From the IMG/VR virus record IMGVR_UViG_3300037042_002125, positions 158,079 through 222,078 of that record: a DNA stretch of 64,000 nt. One strand, given 5' to 3'. The notes below the pieces were generated by a model, which was not told the DNA's origin, made no database searches, and was given only the letters and a program-made list of their open reading frames with translations. Made by a program: the position numbers and the translations under genes. Positions 19,333-28,224 of the stretch are shown one piece after another (the first letter of the stretch is position 1; each line of letters begins with the position of its first letter).

Positions 19333-21285
19333 ATGATATTCCAAGTAACAGACGCAGGTCGGCTCCTCCTAGATTCAATGCCAGATGGTGTTGTAATAAC
19401 ACGAGCAGACTTTGGGGATGCTTTCAACTACTCCTTGCCACCTAACCCAACTGGCCTAACTGGTGCATTGGTTTATAGCGCCAACGTAGTGTGGAATCCA
19501 CAAATAGTTGATGTGAATACTCTACGCTATTCTATTCTACTGGCTAACTCTTTACCAAGCTTTGCCTTTGGCGAAGTTGCTCTCTACAGTGACACCACGT
19601 TGTTGGGAGTTGCCGTTAATGCTGTTATGCTTAACAAAATTGGTCCAGTTAGTGGATCAAGTGGACAAACCTTCAAGCTTGATTTCTTTATTGGTAACGC
19701 TCCAGGTCAGCAATATGCTGTAGGTGACGTTATAGGAGATCAACGTGCCTTTGCGCGTCTGCCAGTTCCAGACCTTCTCAAACCTCCTGCTCTCAATGAG
19801 ACAAATGCCTATGTCATCTATGGTATTGGTGAGAATGATATTCCGTATTTTGCATTCTCTGATCCAACAGGCAAGTGGAGTTTCAGTTCAAAACCGTCAA
19901 TCTACATAACAGGTACAATAAGTGATGTTGGTACGTATGGCCTACAAAGCTTTGATATTACTGGTAGCTACCCAGGGCCAGTAACTGACCTAGTTCTTCA
20001 ATTTGTATCTGGCACAACTCGCGGCTACTGCCGTCAAGTATCTTCTATGGTGACAGATGGAATTGTGTGGACAACTCCGATGACTTATCTGCCGTCTGTT
20101 GGGGACAGTTTCATAATCCTAGGTCCCCAAGTGTCTAGTGGCGGTACCATAACCGCCACAGCGGACGACTACGCAGCGTTCTCTTTCAATGGTTCGGCAT
20201 TGGTAGTACCACAAACCTTTGGTCACTATGTAAATACCTTTGAGAGTGGTACTAGCACTAGGTTGAGTCATACTAGCCTAACTTCTGCACACTACAATGG
20301 AGGAGGTAATACTGCTCTTGGGTATAGCTCCTTGGCACAAATATCTGTTGGTAACAACAACACAGCAGTTGGCGATCAAGCAATGAGAGATACAGGCGGT
20401 GGCGATAACAATACTGTCGTTGGTGCACAATCGCTTTCTTCTGACGCCTCTGGGGTATCAGGTAATTCTACTTTGGGTTACAACACTTTAAGTTGGTTAA
20501 CACAGGGCAACAATAACGTTGCCATAGGGCACTCTGCATTAGCCACAGCAGGTTCCCTTATCGATAACGTTGCAGTTGGGGCGTTTTCCTTAACCAATTT
20601 GTTGGGTCAAGGTGCAGGTGCAGGCAATGGACATCGTAATGTGGCCGTTGGCGCATACTCTTTAACAGGTAGCACTATAGGGGATGACAATACTGCAATA
20701 GGTCATAGTGCGGCATACAGTTCCACCAGTGGGGTTAGAAATACGGCCGTAGGTGGTAAGGCTATGTACAGCGTAACTGTCGGGTATAACAATACTGCCG
20801 TTGGTTACTATGCAGGTCAAAACCTTACAACAGGTACTAACAATACGTTCCTGGGGTACAATGCTTTGGCGTTAACAGGAACCGCATCTAATACAATTAC
20901 GTTGGGCAACAGTGCCATAACGACGTTGCGTTGCCAGGTTACAACAATTACCGCACTGTCTGATTTTAGGGACAAAACAGACATTATGCCGTTGCAGCAA
21001 GGTATAGATTTTGTCATGGGCCTTAAGCCCGTTAGCTTCACTTGGAATACTAGAGATGGTTCCAAGGTAGGCATTAAAGATAGCGGATTCATTGCACAAG
21101 ACCTTAAGCAGTCTCAAGATGAAGTAGGGGCCCAGGACATTTTAAAGTTAGTCTGCGAAGACGACCCTGAACATCTTGAAGCATCTGCTGGTCGCTTGTT
21201 GCCAGTCTTGGTAAAGGCTATCCAGGACCTTACAAACCAAGTCAATAGTCTTAAGGCCGAGTTAGCTATTCTTAAGGGGGCCTAA
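19333..21285 (+). CDS. tail fibre protein with 14-aa N.A.G repeats and C-terminal S74-type intramolecular chaperone
   Basis: Baseplate-attachment-like N-terminus (QVTDAGR..GEVALY), NTAVG repeats, SDFRDK cleavage motif, GFIAQD, terminal coiled coil. Confidence 0.85.
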   Translation: MIFQVTDAGRLLLDSMPDGVVITRADFGDAFNYSLPPNPTGLTGALVYSANVVWNPQIVDVNTLRYSILLANSLPSFAFGEVALYSDTTLLGVAVNAVMLNKIGPVSGSSGQTFKLDFFIGNAPGQQYAVGDVIGDQRAFARLPVPDLLKPPALNETNAYVIYGIGENDIPYFAFSDPTGKWSFSSKPSIYITGTISDVGTYGLQSFDITGSYPGPVTDLVLQFVSGTTRGYCRQVSSMVTDGIVWTTPMTYLPSVGDSFIILGPQVSSGGTITATADDYAAFSFNGSALVVPQTFGHYVNTFESGTSTRLSHTSLTSAHYNGGGNTALGYSSLAQISVGNNNTAVGDQAMRDTGGGDNNTVVGAQSLSSDASGVSGNSTLGYNTLSWLTQGNNNVAIGHSALATAGSLIDNVAVGAFSLTNLLGQGAGAGNGHRNVAVGAYSLTGSTIGDDNTAIGHSAAYSSTSGVRNTAVGGKAMYSVTVGYNNTAVGYYAGQNLTTGTNNTFLGYNALALTGTASNTITLGNSAITTLRCQVTTITALSDFRDKTDIMPLQQGIDFVMGLKPVSFTWNTRDGSKVGIKDSGFIAQDLKQSQDEVGAQDILKLVCEDDPEHLEASAGRLLPVLVKAIQDLTNQVNSLKAELAILKGA

Positions 21286-21288
21286 CAC

Positions 21289-21297
21289 TAATTTTAT
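21289..21297 (+). promoter_or_regulatory. TAATTTHAT motif
   Basis: TAATTTTAT in the intergenic gap. Confidence 0.45.
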
Positions 21298-21329
21298 TGG
21301 TAAACGGGAAACACACTAAGGCGGTATTT

Positions 21330-21890
21330 ATGGTAACTAAGAGAGACAATGGTGACCCCATAGATACTGGGGATTTCCCAGAGGACTTTGTTCCTTCACA
21401 ACTAAAACTTGAAGCACTTGTCTCTCATCCAAGTAGATTTGGAAAAGGGCACGAGCGAGAGTACGAATATGAATCAGACAGCAGGTTCAGATTAGATGCG
21501 GAAAACTCTAATACAGAATACTTGAATGGTGCTGCACCTAATTTTTCTGACCGCAGAGTTGCCAATGATGAAGCTGCTATCTTTCATTTGGTAAAACAAA
21601 TTCATTCAGACGTAAAACATCTAGATGGGAAATTAAGCTCTCACATCATAGACGAACCTAAGGATACGGCTAAAGCAATACAAAAGGCAATAACCGAATT
21701 GGTTCCTAACGGTGATGTGTCAAAACACTTTAATAGTCACAAGAGTGCTTTTGATTCTGATGATGCTAATAAAAAAATGTGGCGGGGCATAATAGAAAAA
21801 ACAGTTGGGGGAGTTATTTGGGCTGCTTTAGGTTTATTAGCTCTTGCCATATGGGAATACGTAAAGAAGCAATTGGGAGTATCAAAATGA
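21330..21890 (+). CDS. membrane-anchored protein (possible holin/antiholin)
   Basis: Single C-terminal TM helix GGVIWAALGLLALAIW. Confidence 0.6.
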   Translation: MVTKRDNGDPIDTGDFPEDFVPSQLKLEALVSHPSRFGKGHEREYEYESDSRFRLDAENSNTEYLNGAAPNFSDRRVANDEAAIFHLVKQIHSDVKHLDGKLSSHIIDEPKDTAKAIQKAITELVPNGDVSKHFNSHKSAFDSDDANKKMWRGIIEKTVGGVIWAALGLLALAIWEYVKKQLGVSK

Positions 21891-21915
21891 GAAGCAATTG
21901 GGAGTATCAAAATGA
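21866..21915 (+). repeat. perfect 25-bp tandem duplication containing RBS, stop and ATG
   Basis: GAAGCAATTGGGAGTATCAAAATGA at 21866-21890 and 21891-21915. Confidence 0.95.
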
Positions 21916-22055
21916 GTAGGCAATTTAGATATGCGTTGGCAATTTGGCCGTTTGTGCTAGGTCTTTTGATCATATTTGGGTTGTACGAGGAGAACATTAT
22001 TTCTTCCTTGTTATTGGAGATACCTAGCAATATATCAAACGTTATCTCTAAGTAA
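21912..22055 (+). CDS. 47-aa membrane peptide (not in ORF track)
   Basis: GGGAG RBS; MSRQFRYALAIWPFVLGLLIIFGLYEENIISSLLLEIPSNISNVISK. Confidence 0.55.
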   Translation: MSRQFRYALAIWPFVLGLLIIFGLYEENIISSLLLEIPSNISNVISK

Positions 22056-22061
22056 TTTAAT
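22053..22061 (+). promoter_or_regulatory. TAATTTHAT motif
   Basis: TAATTTAAT overlapping a stop codon, before the collagen-like gene. Confidence 0.45.
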
Positions 22062-22097
22062 GTGTAAATTGTTTTCAACGCCTACAAAGGACAAATC

Positions 22098-22712
22098 ATG
22101 CTAATGCTGTTGCAAAAGACTTTCATGGATGACACAGGTACGCCATATGCGAATTACCCTGTTGTTATCACTGAGTGTGGTTCAAACAATCCTGTTCGCC
22201 TGTACACCCAATCAGGGTTGTTGATGGAACGTTTTGGAAATACAAAAACAGATTCAGACGGAATCATTTCTGTGTATGTGTCAGATGAAAAATTCTATGG
22301 CGCAAATCTTTTTAATCCCTCAAACGGGTTGAAGGTACAAAGTGTATACCGTCTTGACGTTGGTAATGGCGCTGACGTTCGCGTTGGCCCAACTGGCGCA
22401 GCCTCTACTGTTACTGGACCTACAGGACCGTCTGTCACAGGACCGTCTGTCACAGGTCCCACTGGCGCAGCCTCTACTGTTACTGGACCTACAGGACCGT
22501 CTGTCACAGGACCGTCTGTCACAGGTCCCACTGGTGCTGACTCAACTGTTCCTGGACCTACAGGTCCTCAAGGTGACTCGTTGACGGGACCCACTGGTGC
22601 TGACTCGTCAGTCACGGGACCTACAGGTGCCGCAGGCAACGATGGGGCTACTGGCCCGACCGGTGCAGACGGTGTGGCTGGCCCAACAGGCCCAACAGGC
22701 GCAGCACCCTGA
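22098..22712 (+). CDS. collagen-like (GPT-repeat) virion protein
   Basis: Beta-rich N-domain, then GPTG repeats including a 69-bp tandem duplication (22392-22460/22461-22529). Confidence 0.8.
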   Translation: MLMLLQKTFMDDTGTPYANYPVVITECGSNNPVRLYTQSGLLMERFGNTKTDSDGIISVYVSDEKFYGANLFNPSNGLKVQSVYRLDVGNGADVRVGPTGAASTVTGPTGPSVTGPSVTGPTGAASTVTGPTGPSVTGPSVTGPTGADSTVPGPTGPQGDSLTGPTGADSSVTGPTGAAGNDGATGPTGADGVAGPTGPTGAAP

Positions 22713-22722
22713 TCTGATGTGA

Positions 22723-22730
22723 TGTAAATA
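22723..22730 (+). promoter_or_regulatory. TGTAAATA motif
   Basis: Upstream of the SprT-hypothetical-topoisomerase unit. Confidence 0.55.
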
Positions 22731-22732
22731 CT

Positions 22733-22767
22733 AGGTGGGGTGCAGTTAACTACTGTACTCCACCTTT
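22733..22767 (+). terminator. hairpin, probable intrinsic terminator
   Basis: AGGTGGGGTGCAGT/ACTGTACTCCACCT stem with G-U pairs, then a short T run. Confidence 0.55.
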
Positions 22768-22805
22768 GTGCGTTATTTGTCGTATACCAACTCAGGAACA
22801 ATATC

Positions 22806-23669
22806 ATGTCTATACAGGCTTTACAGAGAGATGCTGAAGAAGCTTCTTTAAGTCATGGCAGACTGACTGTTGACTCAAGTTCTGGTATCACCCTTCCTCC
22901 AGACATAAAATTCAAAACACCTTTTGCGTTCTGCAAGATATCCCAAGGCAGCACGTTCAAGATGAAATACCTATCTGAGAGGTGGCACTTCTTTAACAAG
23001 GAGTTGTTTGGTGGGTCAATGACAGAGCCAAAGTTGATTATAACCAAGGCATTTAAGCACATGAAGACCTTGGGGTTCTGGAGACCTTACACAAAAGAGT
23101 TATCCATACATCATAAGCTTTTCACTCTTGATAGTGACAAACAAATTTTAGGTACCCTTGTGCATGAAATGGCACATGAGTACGATTCTGATATCTTGCA
23201 AACCCCAATTAGAGAGCGAATGATCAAAAAGGGTCATGGTCCTAGCTGGGACGGTATCATGCGGTCTATTGGTCTGCCTGCAGATGCAATGTTTGCAGGG
23301 GACTCTGACGAATTGATTGATGAAGAACAAAAAGAAAATTTGAATATTCGTAGGGGTAAAATCGAGTCACATAACCAAATAACACCCGCGTCCTTTGACG
23401 GCAAGCCTTACATACCAGTTATGTTCATCAAGGGCAGCGGGACCTTGGAGCCAATGCTACTCCTAGATTCTCAGCTTGTACATGGCGATCCTAATTCAAG
23501 CTACAGAGGGTTTACTAAGAAAGACTTACGGACAGGTTCTTGCTGGTACGTAGACATAGATAACTGTCTTAAGCCTACATCTGCTCAACTTAAAAAGTTC
23601 CCTCCTGAGTTTGACACTATACGCACTCTTGAGATAGTTAACTACACGTATGAACGGTATAAGCCTTGA
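22806..23669 (+). CDS. SprT-like zinc metalloprotease
   Basis: FNKELFGG, TLVHEMAH, GHGPSW motifs. Confidence 0.85.
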   Translation: MSIQALQRDAEEASLSHGRLTVDSSSGITLPPDIKFKTPFAFCKISQGSTFKMKYLSERWHFFNKELFGGSMTEPKLIITKAFKHMKTLGFWRPYTKELSIHHKLFTLDSDKQILGTLVHEMAHEYDSDILQTPIRERMIKKGHGPSWDGIMRSIGLPADAMFAGDSDELIDEEQKENLNIRRGKIESHNQITPASFDGKPYIPVMFIKGSGTLEPMLLLDSQLVHGDPNSSYRGFTKKDLRTGSCWYVDIDNCLKPTSAQLKKFPPEFDTIRTLEIVNYTYERYKP

Positions 23670-23708
23670 TAAAGTGCAGGCGAACTAATTCCACTCACTG
23701 GAGAGTTT

Positions 23709-24197
23709 ATGTCCAAAGCAAATTCACAACCTGAGACAAGTAAATGGGTCCCACCTTTCCAAAGGGCAGACAGCATAACACTTGACGGGTGTCATTACCT
23801 TCTAAGTAGGTTCAATAATAAATGGGCAGTATTGCACGATGGTGATTGGGCTATTCTCCCCGAAGAAAAGTACATTTTTGTCTACATGGGAAGAGAGACT
23901 AATGGACGGAATTCCAAGTGGAAAGTTATCCGTAAACAAGGTACACCCAGGCTTACATCTAGTAATGACGAAGAAGCAGAACTTAATACCGAAACCTCAG
24001 ATGGTCTTAAGGACTTCCAAGTTGTGGCCAACATCAACAAACACAAAGATACCTTGCACATTAGGGCACACAATGCTCGCCATGCTGAGATGATTGCGTT
24101 CTGCGAGTTAAGCACTAGAATAAAATTGTCTGTGGCTACTCTACGGTCTATGTGCCTACCTGATTCGCTAAACATACAATTACAACCAGAAGATTGA
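23709..24197 (+). CDS. hypothetical protein
   Basis: 162-aa ORF with GGAG RBS. Confidence 0.65.
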   Translation: MSKANSQPETSKWVPPFQRADSITLDGCHYLLSRFNNKWAVLHDGDWAILPEEKYIFVYMGRETNGRNSKWKVIRKQGTPRLTSSNDEEAELNTETSDGLKDFQVVANINKHKDTLHIRAHNARHAEMIAFCELSTRIKLSVATLRSMCLPDSLNIQLQPED

Positions 24198-24202
24198 CCA
24201 TC

Positions 24203-25879
24203 ATGTCCAAAAAAGCTTTTTCTCGTATCGCAACACTGGCTCGCGTAAAGCCGAAAAGCTTAGATAGTTTCATCTACCTTCTGTATGCAGCATCTGCAGT
24301 ATTGGCAAAAGACGAGACATTGCCTAAGCTGGCACAGAACGTCACAGCTAAAGCAAAAGACGCGGCAGAGGTAGATGCAGAGCTTGGAACTAAAATTGTC
24401 CCAATGTTGGTTAAGATCGTTAAGTCAAACGACTATGATGAAGAAGAGCTGTCTAAAGATGTTCGCGAACTGAGAAAAGCAATTCGGCGTGACGTTGATA
24501 CTGATGCACAGGTCAACCATGATCACATTGATATGCTAAAGGCCCTTACTGCCTACATATCAAGCCGTGCTGAAGGTGCTCTGCGTAAGTTAATCAGCTT
24601 GGCTCCCCTTACCGAGGCAAACGAGCTTATAGATGCTTTGACATTCAAGCCAAACTCGCAAAAGGAATTTCTCAAACCACTCGAAAAGATTGTCAATGCG
24701 TTTCACCGCAAGGGTACTACACTTACTTCCGAAGAGCAGAAAGTACTCAAAGTCAAGTCTCCGAAGGTGCATAAGGAATATCTGCGGCTTCGCAAGGAGT
24801 TCAACAACGTCTGGAAAGATGAGCTACGCAACCTTATTAACAAGGCAGGTCGGCCAATGACTGACTTCCAGTATGCCCTTGACTACTTGAAAAGCCAAGG
24901 CATACATAATCCTTTGCCGCCAGATTTTGAGGGTAACGTAGATGCCAACGGCAAGTTCTATACCAAGACAGGCAAGCTAATTGCTAACGTACCTGGTGTA
25001 GGCTTCAAGATCGTAATGAATCCGGATTACGATCCCAAAGAAGATAACACCTACGTGTTTACTACTGTCAATGCCGAAGGAAAGGTAAGCCAGCATGTCT
25101 ACACTACCGAGTACCGCAAGAAGACAACAGACGTTAAGTTCAAGAAGGTAGACGAGCTAGACGCTGTTATTGATAGCGTCCGCAAGAAGTGGATGAAATA
25201 CGTCAAACAAGGTGGATCAAGTGTTCAGGCTGTAGCCAGCACGGTATTAGAGTTGATCTATCAATTTAGTGCTCGTGTAGGTTCAATGGGTAATTCTACT
25301 GCTGGTCAAGACACTTATGGCATAAGCACGTTGCTATACAAGCAAGTCAAAGCAGGAAAGACTGGTATTCTTATAAAGTACCCAGGTAAGAAGGGCGTTG
25401 TCCAGTCTCACCTGTTGCAAGGCTCTACCGTTGAAGCTAAGTGGTTGATCCGTAACATTAAAGAATGTCTTGTTGATAAAGACCCAACAGACAGAGTGTT
25501 TACGTTTGATAACAACGGTAAATTGTACCCAGTAACAGGCAATATATCTAACAAGTGGTTTGCCAAACTGGGTTCACCCGTTACAGTACACAAACTTAGG
25601 CACGTCAAAGGATCTAGATTGTTTGCCCAAGAGATTGCTGACAATGACAAGGTTATAAACAACCCCAACAAGCCGTTGAACCAATCTCAAGCAGATGCGT
25701 TGTTCAAACAAATGGCTACTAAGGTAGGTGAGTTGTTAGGTCACGTTACTGGCATTGGTAAACAACAGAAAGTTACGCCAATGACTGCGGTGCAGAACTA
25801 CATATCACCTGCACTAATGATTGGTTACTATCAAAGACTCAATTTGAGACCGCCAAAGTTCTTGTCCAAATTTGAGTAA
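24203..25879 (+). CDS. type IB DNA topoisomerase with long N-terminal extension
   Basis: ARVGS..N..TYGISTL, YPGKKG, TVHKLRH, LGH, AVQNYI (catalytic R, K, R, H, Y). Confidence 0.85.
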   Translation: MSKKAFSRIATLARVKPKSLDSFIYLLYAASAVLAKDETLPKLAQNVTAKAKDAAEVDAELGTKIVPMLVKIVKSNDYDEEELSKDVRELRKAIRRDVDTDAQVNHDHIDMLKALTAYISSRAEGALRKLISLAPLTEANELIDALTFKPNSQKEFLKPLEKIVNAFHRKGTTLTSEEQKVLKVKSPKVHKEYLRLRKEFNNVWKDELRNLINKAGRPMTDFQYALDYLKSQGIHNPLPPDFEGNVDANGKFYTKTGKLIANVPGVGFKIVMNPDYDPKEDNTYVFTTVNAEGKVSQHVYTTEYRKKTTDVKFKKVDELDAVIDSVRKKWMKYVKQGGSSVQAVASTVLELIYQFSARVGSMGNSTAGQDTYGISTLLYKQVKAGKTGILIKYPGKKGVVQSHLLQGSTVEAKWLIRNIKECLVDKDPTDRVFTFDNNGKLYPVTGNISNKWFAKLGSPVTVHKLRHVKGSRLFAQEIADNDKVINNPNKPLNQSQADALFKQMATKVGELLGHVTGIGKQQKVTPMTAVQNYISPALMIGYYQRLNLRPPKFLSKFE

Positions 25880-25900
25880 TAAGACTTGACGTTGCAATAG

Positions 25901-25937
25901 AAAAAGGGGCTGTAGACTAAAAATCTACAGCCCCTTT
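25901..25937. terminator. bidirectional intrinsic terminator between the convergent arms
   Basis: 14-bp perfect stem AAAGGGGCTGTAGA/TCTACAGCCCCTTT with A and T flanks. Confidence 0.85.
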
Positions 25938-25954
25938 GTCGTTTGCTTTTCTTG

Positions 25955-26062
25955 TTATGTGACAGCATCTCCAGACAATTTGTTCTCCCACTTGACTATC
26001 CTGTACGACAAATATATGGGAAGCCATACAAGGAGAGCCATGTAAATGTATTCACTCATCAT
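25955..26062 (-). CDS. 35-aa membrane peptide (not in ORF track)
   Basis: MMSEYIYMALLVWLPIYLSYRIVKWENKLSGDAVT; ATGA-coupled. Confidence 0.45.
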   Translation of the reverse strand: MMSEYIYMALLVWLPIYLSYRIVKWENKLSGDAVT

Positions 26063-26208
26063 TTCTTTTTCTCATAGAACTGGCGATTCCACATGTCGTA
26101 AGCATATCCTGCTATACGTGCCAACACGTACAGAACAATCAAGACACATACAACGATTATTAGACCGTTATCAAGCATCTCGATGATTCTGGTGAAAGTA
26201 GTTCCCAT
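26059..26208 (-). CDS. 49-aa membrane peptide (not in ORF track)
   Basis: GAGGAGG RBS; TM helix GLIIVVCVLIVLYVLA. Confidence 0.55.
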   Translation of the reverse strand: MGTTFTRIIEMLDNGLIIVVCVLIVLYVLARIAGYAYDMWNRQFYEKKK

Positions 26209-26209
26209 G

Positions 26210-26572
26210 TCAGGCCTCCTCTTTACCCTCTACCCCACGCACCATACGCCGTGCAGTCCTTACTTCGAGGTTCACCAACGCTTCTTCCATGTGTTGGATG
26301 GCTCGCTGGTTCTCATCGCAGCCAAATTTAGCATCCAAAAACTTTGTGCGGTGAATCAAGATCGCCAGCAAAGCCTCGTTGGTTAAGCCATTTACTCCAG
26401 ATTTTGGAACTGGGCCGTATTGAAACTTGATCAGACATGAATCTTCGCCTAAAGCAACTTCGTAATAGTGTCCAGTTACGTTCGAAATAATCCCACTAGG
26501 GAAGAAGGTTCGTCCTGCAATGGCTGTTACGGTCACCCCATTGTGGTCTTTGTAAATTTGTGGATCTGGCAT
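26210..26572 (-). CDS. tad1: Tad1-family anti-defence sponge protein
   Basis: IKFQYGP..GVNG.TNEALLAILIHR..F.CDEN..AI.HMEEAL..L..R..RR..RGVEG matches the Tad1 pattern as recalled; GGAG RBS. Confidence 0.7.
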   Translation of the reverse strand: MPDPQIYKDHNGVTVTAIAGRTFFPSGIISNVTGHYYEVALGEDSCLIKFQYGPVPKSGVNGLTNEALLAILIHRTKFLDAKFGCDENQRAIQHMEEALVNLEVRTARRMVRGVEGKEEA

Positions 26573-26585
26573 GGTGTAGGTTCTC

Positions 26586-27278
26586 CTATTTCTTTCCCAT
26601 TGATACAAGTGATAAAAATTCAGCTTTAGCAGTGGTAGTCTTGAACACACCACTCAACTTGGATGTAACCGTATCTGAGCAGGCATCTTCTACCCCACGA
26701 GTACGGACGCACATATGTTCTGCCTCTATCAAGACCGCAACGTGTTCTGTTCCAAGAACAAACTTTAGTGTCTCACATATTTGGCTAGCAAGACGCTCTT
26801 GTATCTGCGGACGCCTGCAGAAAAACTCAACGATACGGTTGATCTTACTCAGGCCCAACACCTTGTCTTTGGCTATGTACGCCACGTGGGCGCAACCAAT
26901 TATAGGAAGAATGTGATGTTCGCACGTGGAGTTGACAGTGATATTGCGTTCGAGAACCATCTCGTCTACTTGCATCTTGTTCTCGACAACAGTAGCCTTT
27001 GGGAAATTGTCGTAATCTAATCCCCAGAAGATTTCGTTGAGATACATCTTGGCAACACGCTTGGGAGTATCAGCCAAAGAGTCATCAGACAGATCCATAC
27101 CTAAAGCCTGCAAGATACCAGTTACGTGATCTTGGATTGCCTGTAGCTGAACAGATTTTGTAACCTCTGCATTATTGCTCGGAAGCCTTGTCATTGGCGT
27201 TTCGATGCCTAGGCTTTTCAAGTGAGCCTCGACTCTGCCACCCAGGAATACATCTGCTTTTGCGTCGTCAGTTTTCAT
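26586..27278 (-). CDS. folE: GTP cyclohydrolase I
   Basis: [37 protein letters not shown]. Confidence 0.97.
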   Translation of the reverse strand: MKTDDAKADVFLGGRVEAHLKSLGIETPMTRLPSNNAEVTKSVQLQAIQDHVTGILQALGMDLSDDSLADTPKRVAKMYLNEIFWGLDYDNFPKATVVENKMQVDEMVLERNITVNSTCEHHILPIIGCAHVAYIAKDKVLGLSKINRIVEFFCRRPQIQERLASQICETLKFVLGTEHVAVLIEAEHMCVRTRGVEDACSDTVTSKLSGVFKTTTAKAEFLSLVSMGKK

Positions 27279-27295
27279 TGTTATCCTTGTTTAGA

Positions 27296-28216
27296 TTAGG
27301 CCATTGAGGCGTATAGATGCATTTGGAGACACAGCCGGTAGCCCATATGCAAGGCGTAGTTGGCAGCGTACTCATGGTTTATTTGGTTCTCTTTCTGGTT
27401 GAGCAACCCTGGTGTCCAGAAACTAATCACTTCGTCTACAGTAGAACGCTCATGCAGGCTAGGTGTGTATGTACCGTCTGCACCCTTCTTTGTAAGCCGC
27501 AGGATTTTCGACTGTTGTGGCACATCGTTGTAGATGTTCATTGGGGATATATAGATTTCCCTGCCAGTGCGAGCCTTCCATTCTTGAGCCCATTGAGGTA
27601 CGTTCCAGTACGGGCTGTCAAAATCTTGCTTGACAACGAATTTCAAACACTGAACAGAATCTAGAACCTTATCGTTTGGTTTGAGGTACTCAGTAGGTAC
27701 ACCATTCTTCTCGCCACACTTGGGACTACATACAAACGTAACAAAGTCTGGCACTCTCGTGTTGAGCAAACCATTGCTTTCGATTTGGACATGCTTGTAT
27801 GCAAACTGTTGCCGCATCAAGAACTCATACAAGTTATCTTGCAGCAAAGGCTCTCCACCAGTGACGACCAATATGCAGCCGTAAGGCCCAAGCTTTCTGT
27901 CAAACTTTGTTTCCTTATCAAAGCTCTTAGGCAATACCCAAAGAGGTGCAGGAGTCCCGCCTTCATTCCAGTGATCGCATATGGTAGCGTAGGCTTTCGC
28001 CTCTATTTGCTCGTAGGTAAGCCAGTCACCTTGGTCAAAGAACGTGTCGCAGAAGTGACAATTGAGATTGCACTTAGCAAGACGTATGAACAAGGCAGGC
28101 ATTCCTGCATAAGGTCCCTCGCCTTGTATTGTGAAAAACATGCTCGTCACGTACAGGGAATTCGCGGGTGCGTCTTTGAAGAACTTCTTGCCAGTTATTT
28201 CGTTAGTTCCAAACAT
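27296..28216 (-). CDS. queE: 7-carboxy-7-deazaguanine synthase (radical SAM)
   Basis: FFTIQGEG..FIRLAKCNLNCHFCDT, VTGGEPLLQ, IESNG, SPK, LQMH. Confidence 0.95.
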   Translation of the reverse strand: MFGTNEITGKKFFKDAPANSLYVTSMFFTIQGEGPYAGMPALFIRLAKCNLNCHFCDTFFDQGDWLTYEQIEAKAYATICDHWNEGGTPAPLWVLPKSFDKETKFDRKLGPYGCILVVTGGEPLLQDNLYEFLMRQQFAYKHVQIESNGLLNTRVPDFVTFVCSPKCGEKNGVPTEYLKPNDKVLDSVQCLKFVVKQDFDSPYWNVPQWAQEWKARTGREIYISPMNIYNDVPQQSKILRLTKKGADGTYTPSLHERSTVDEVISFWTPGLLNQKENQINHEYAANYALHMGYRLCLQMHLYASMA

Positions 28217-28224
28217 GGTTCATC

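Noticed and set aside
22295-22807. Collagen-like ORFs on the - strand
   Set aside because: Antisense mirror of GGN-CCN-ACN codons.
24203-25879. Tyrosine integrase implying a temperate lifestyle
   Set aside because: RVG..N..TYG.STL and Y.GKKG are Topo IB signatures; no att site or repressor is evident.
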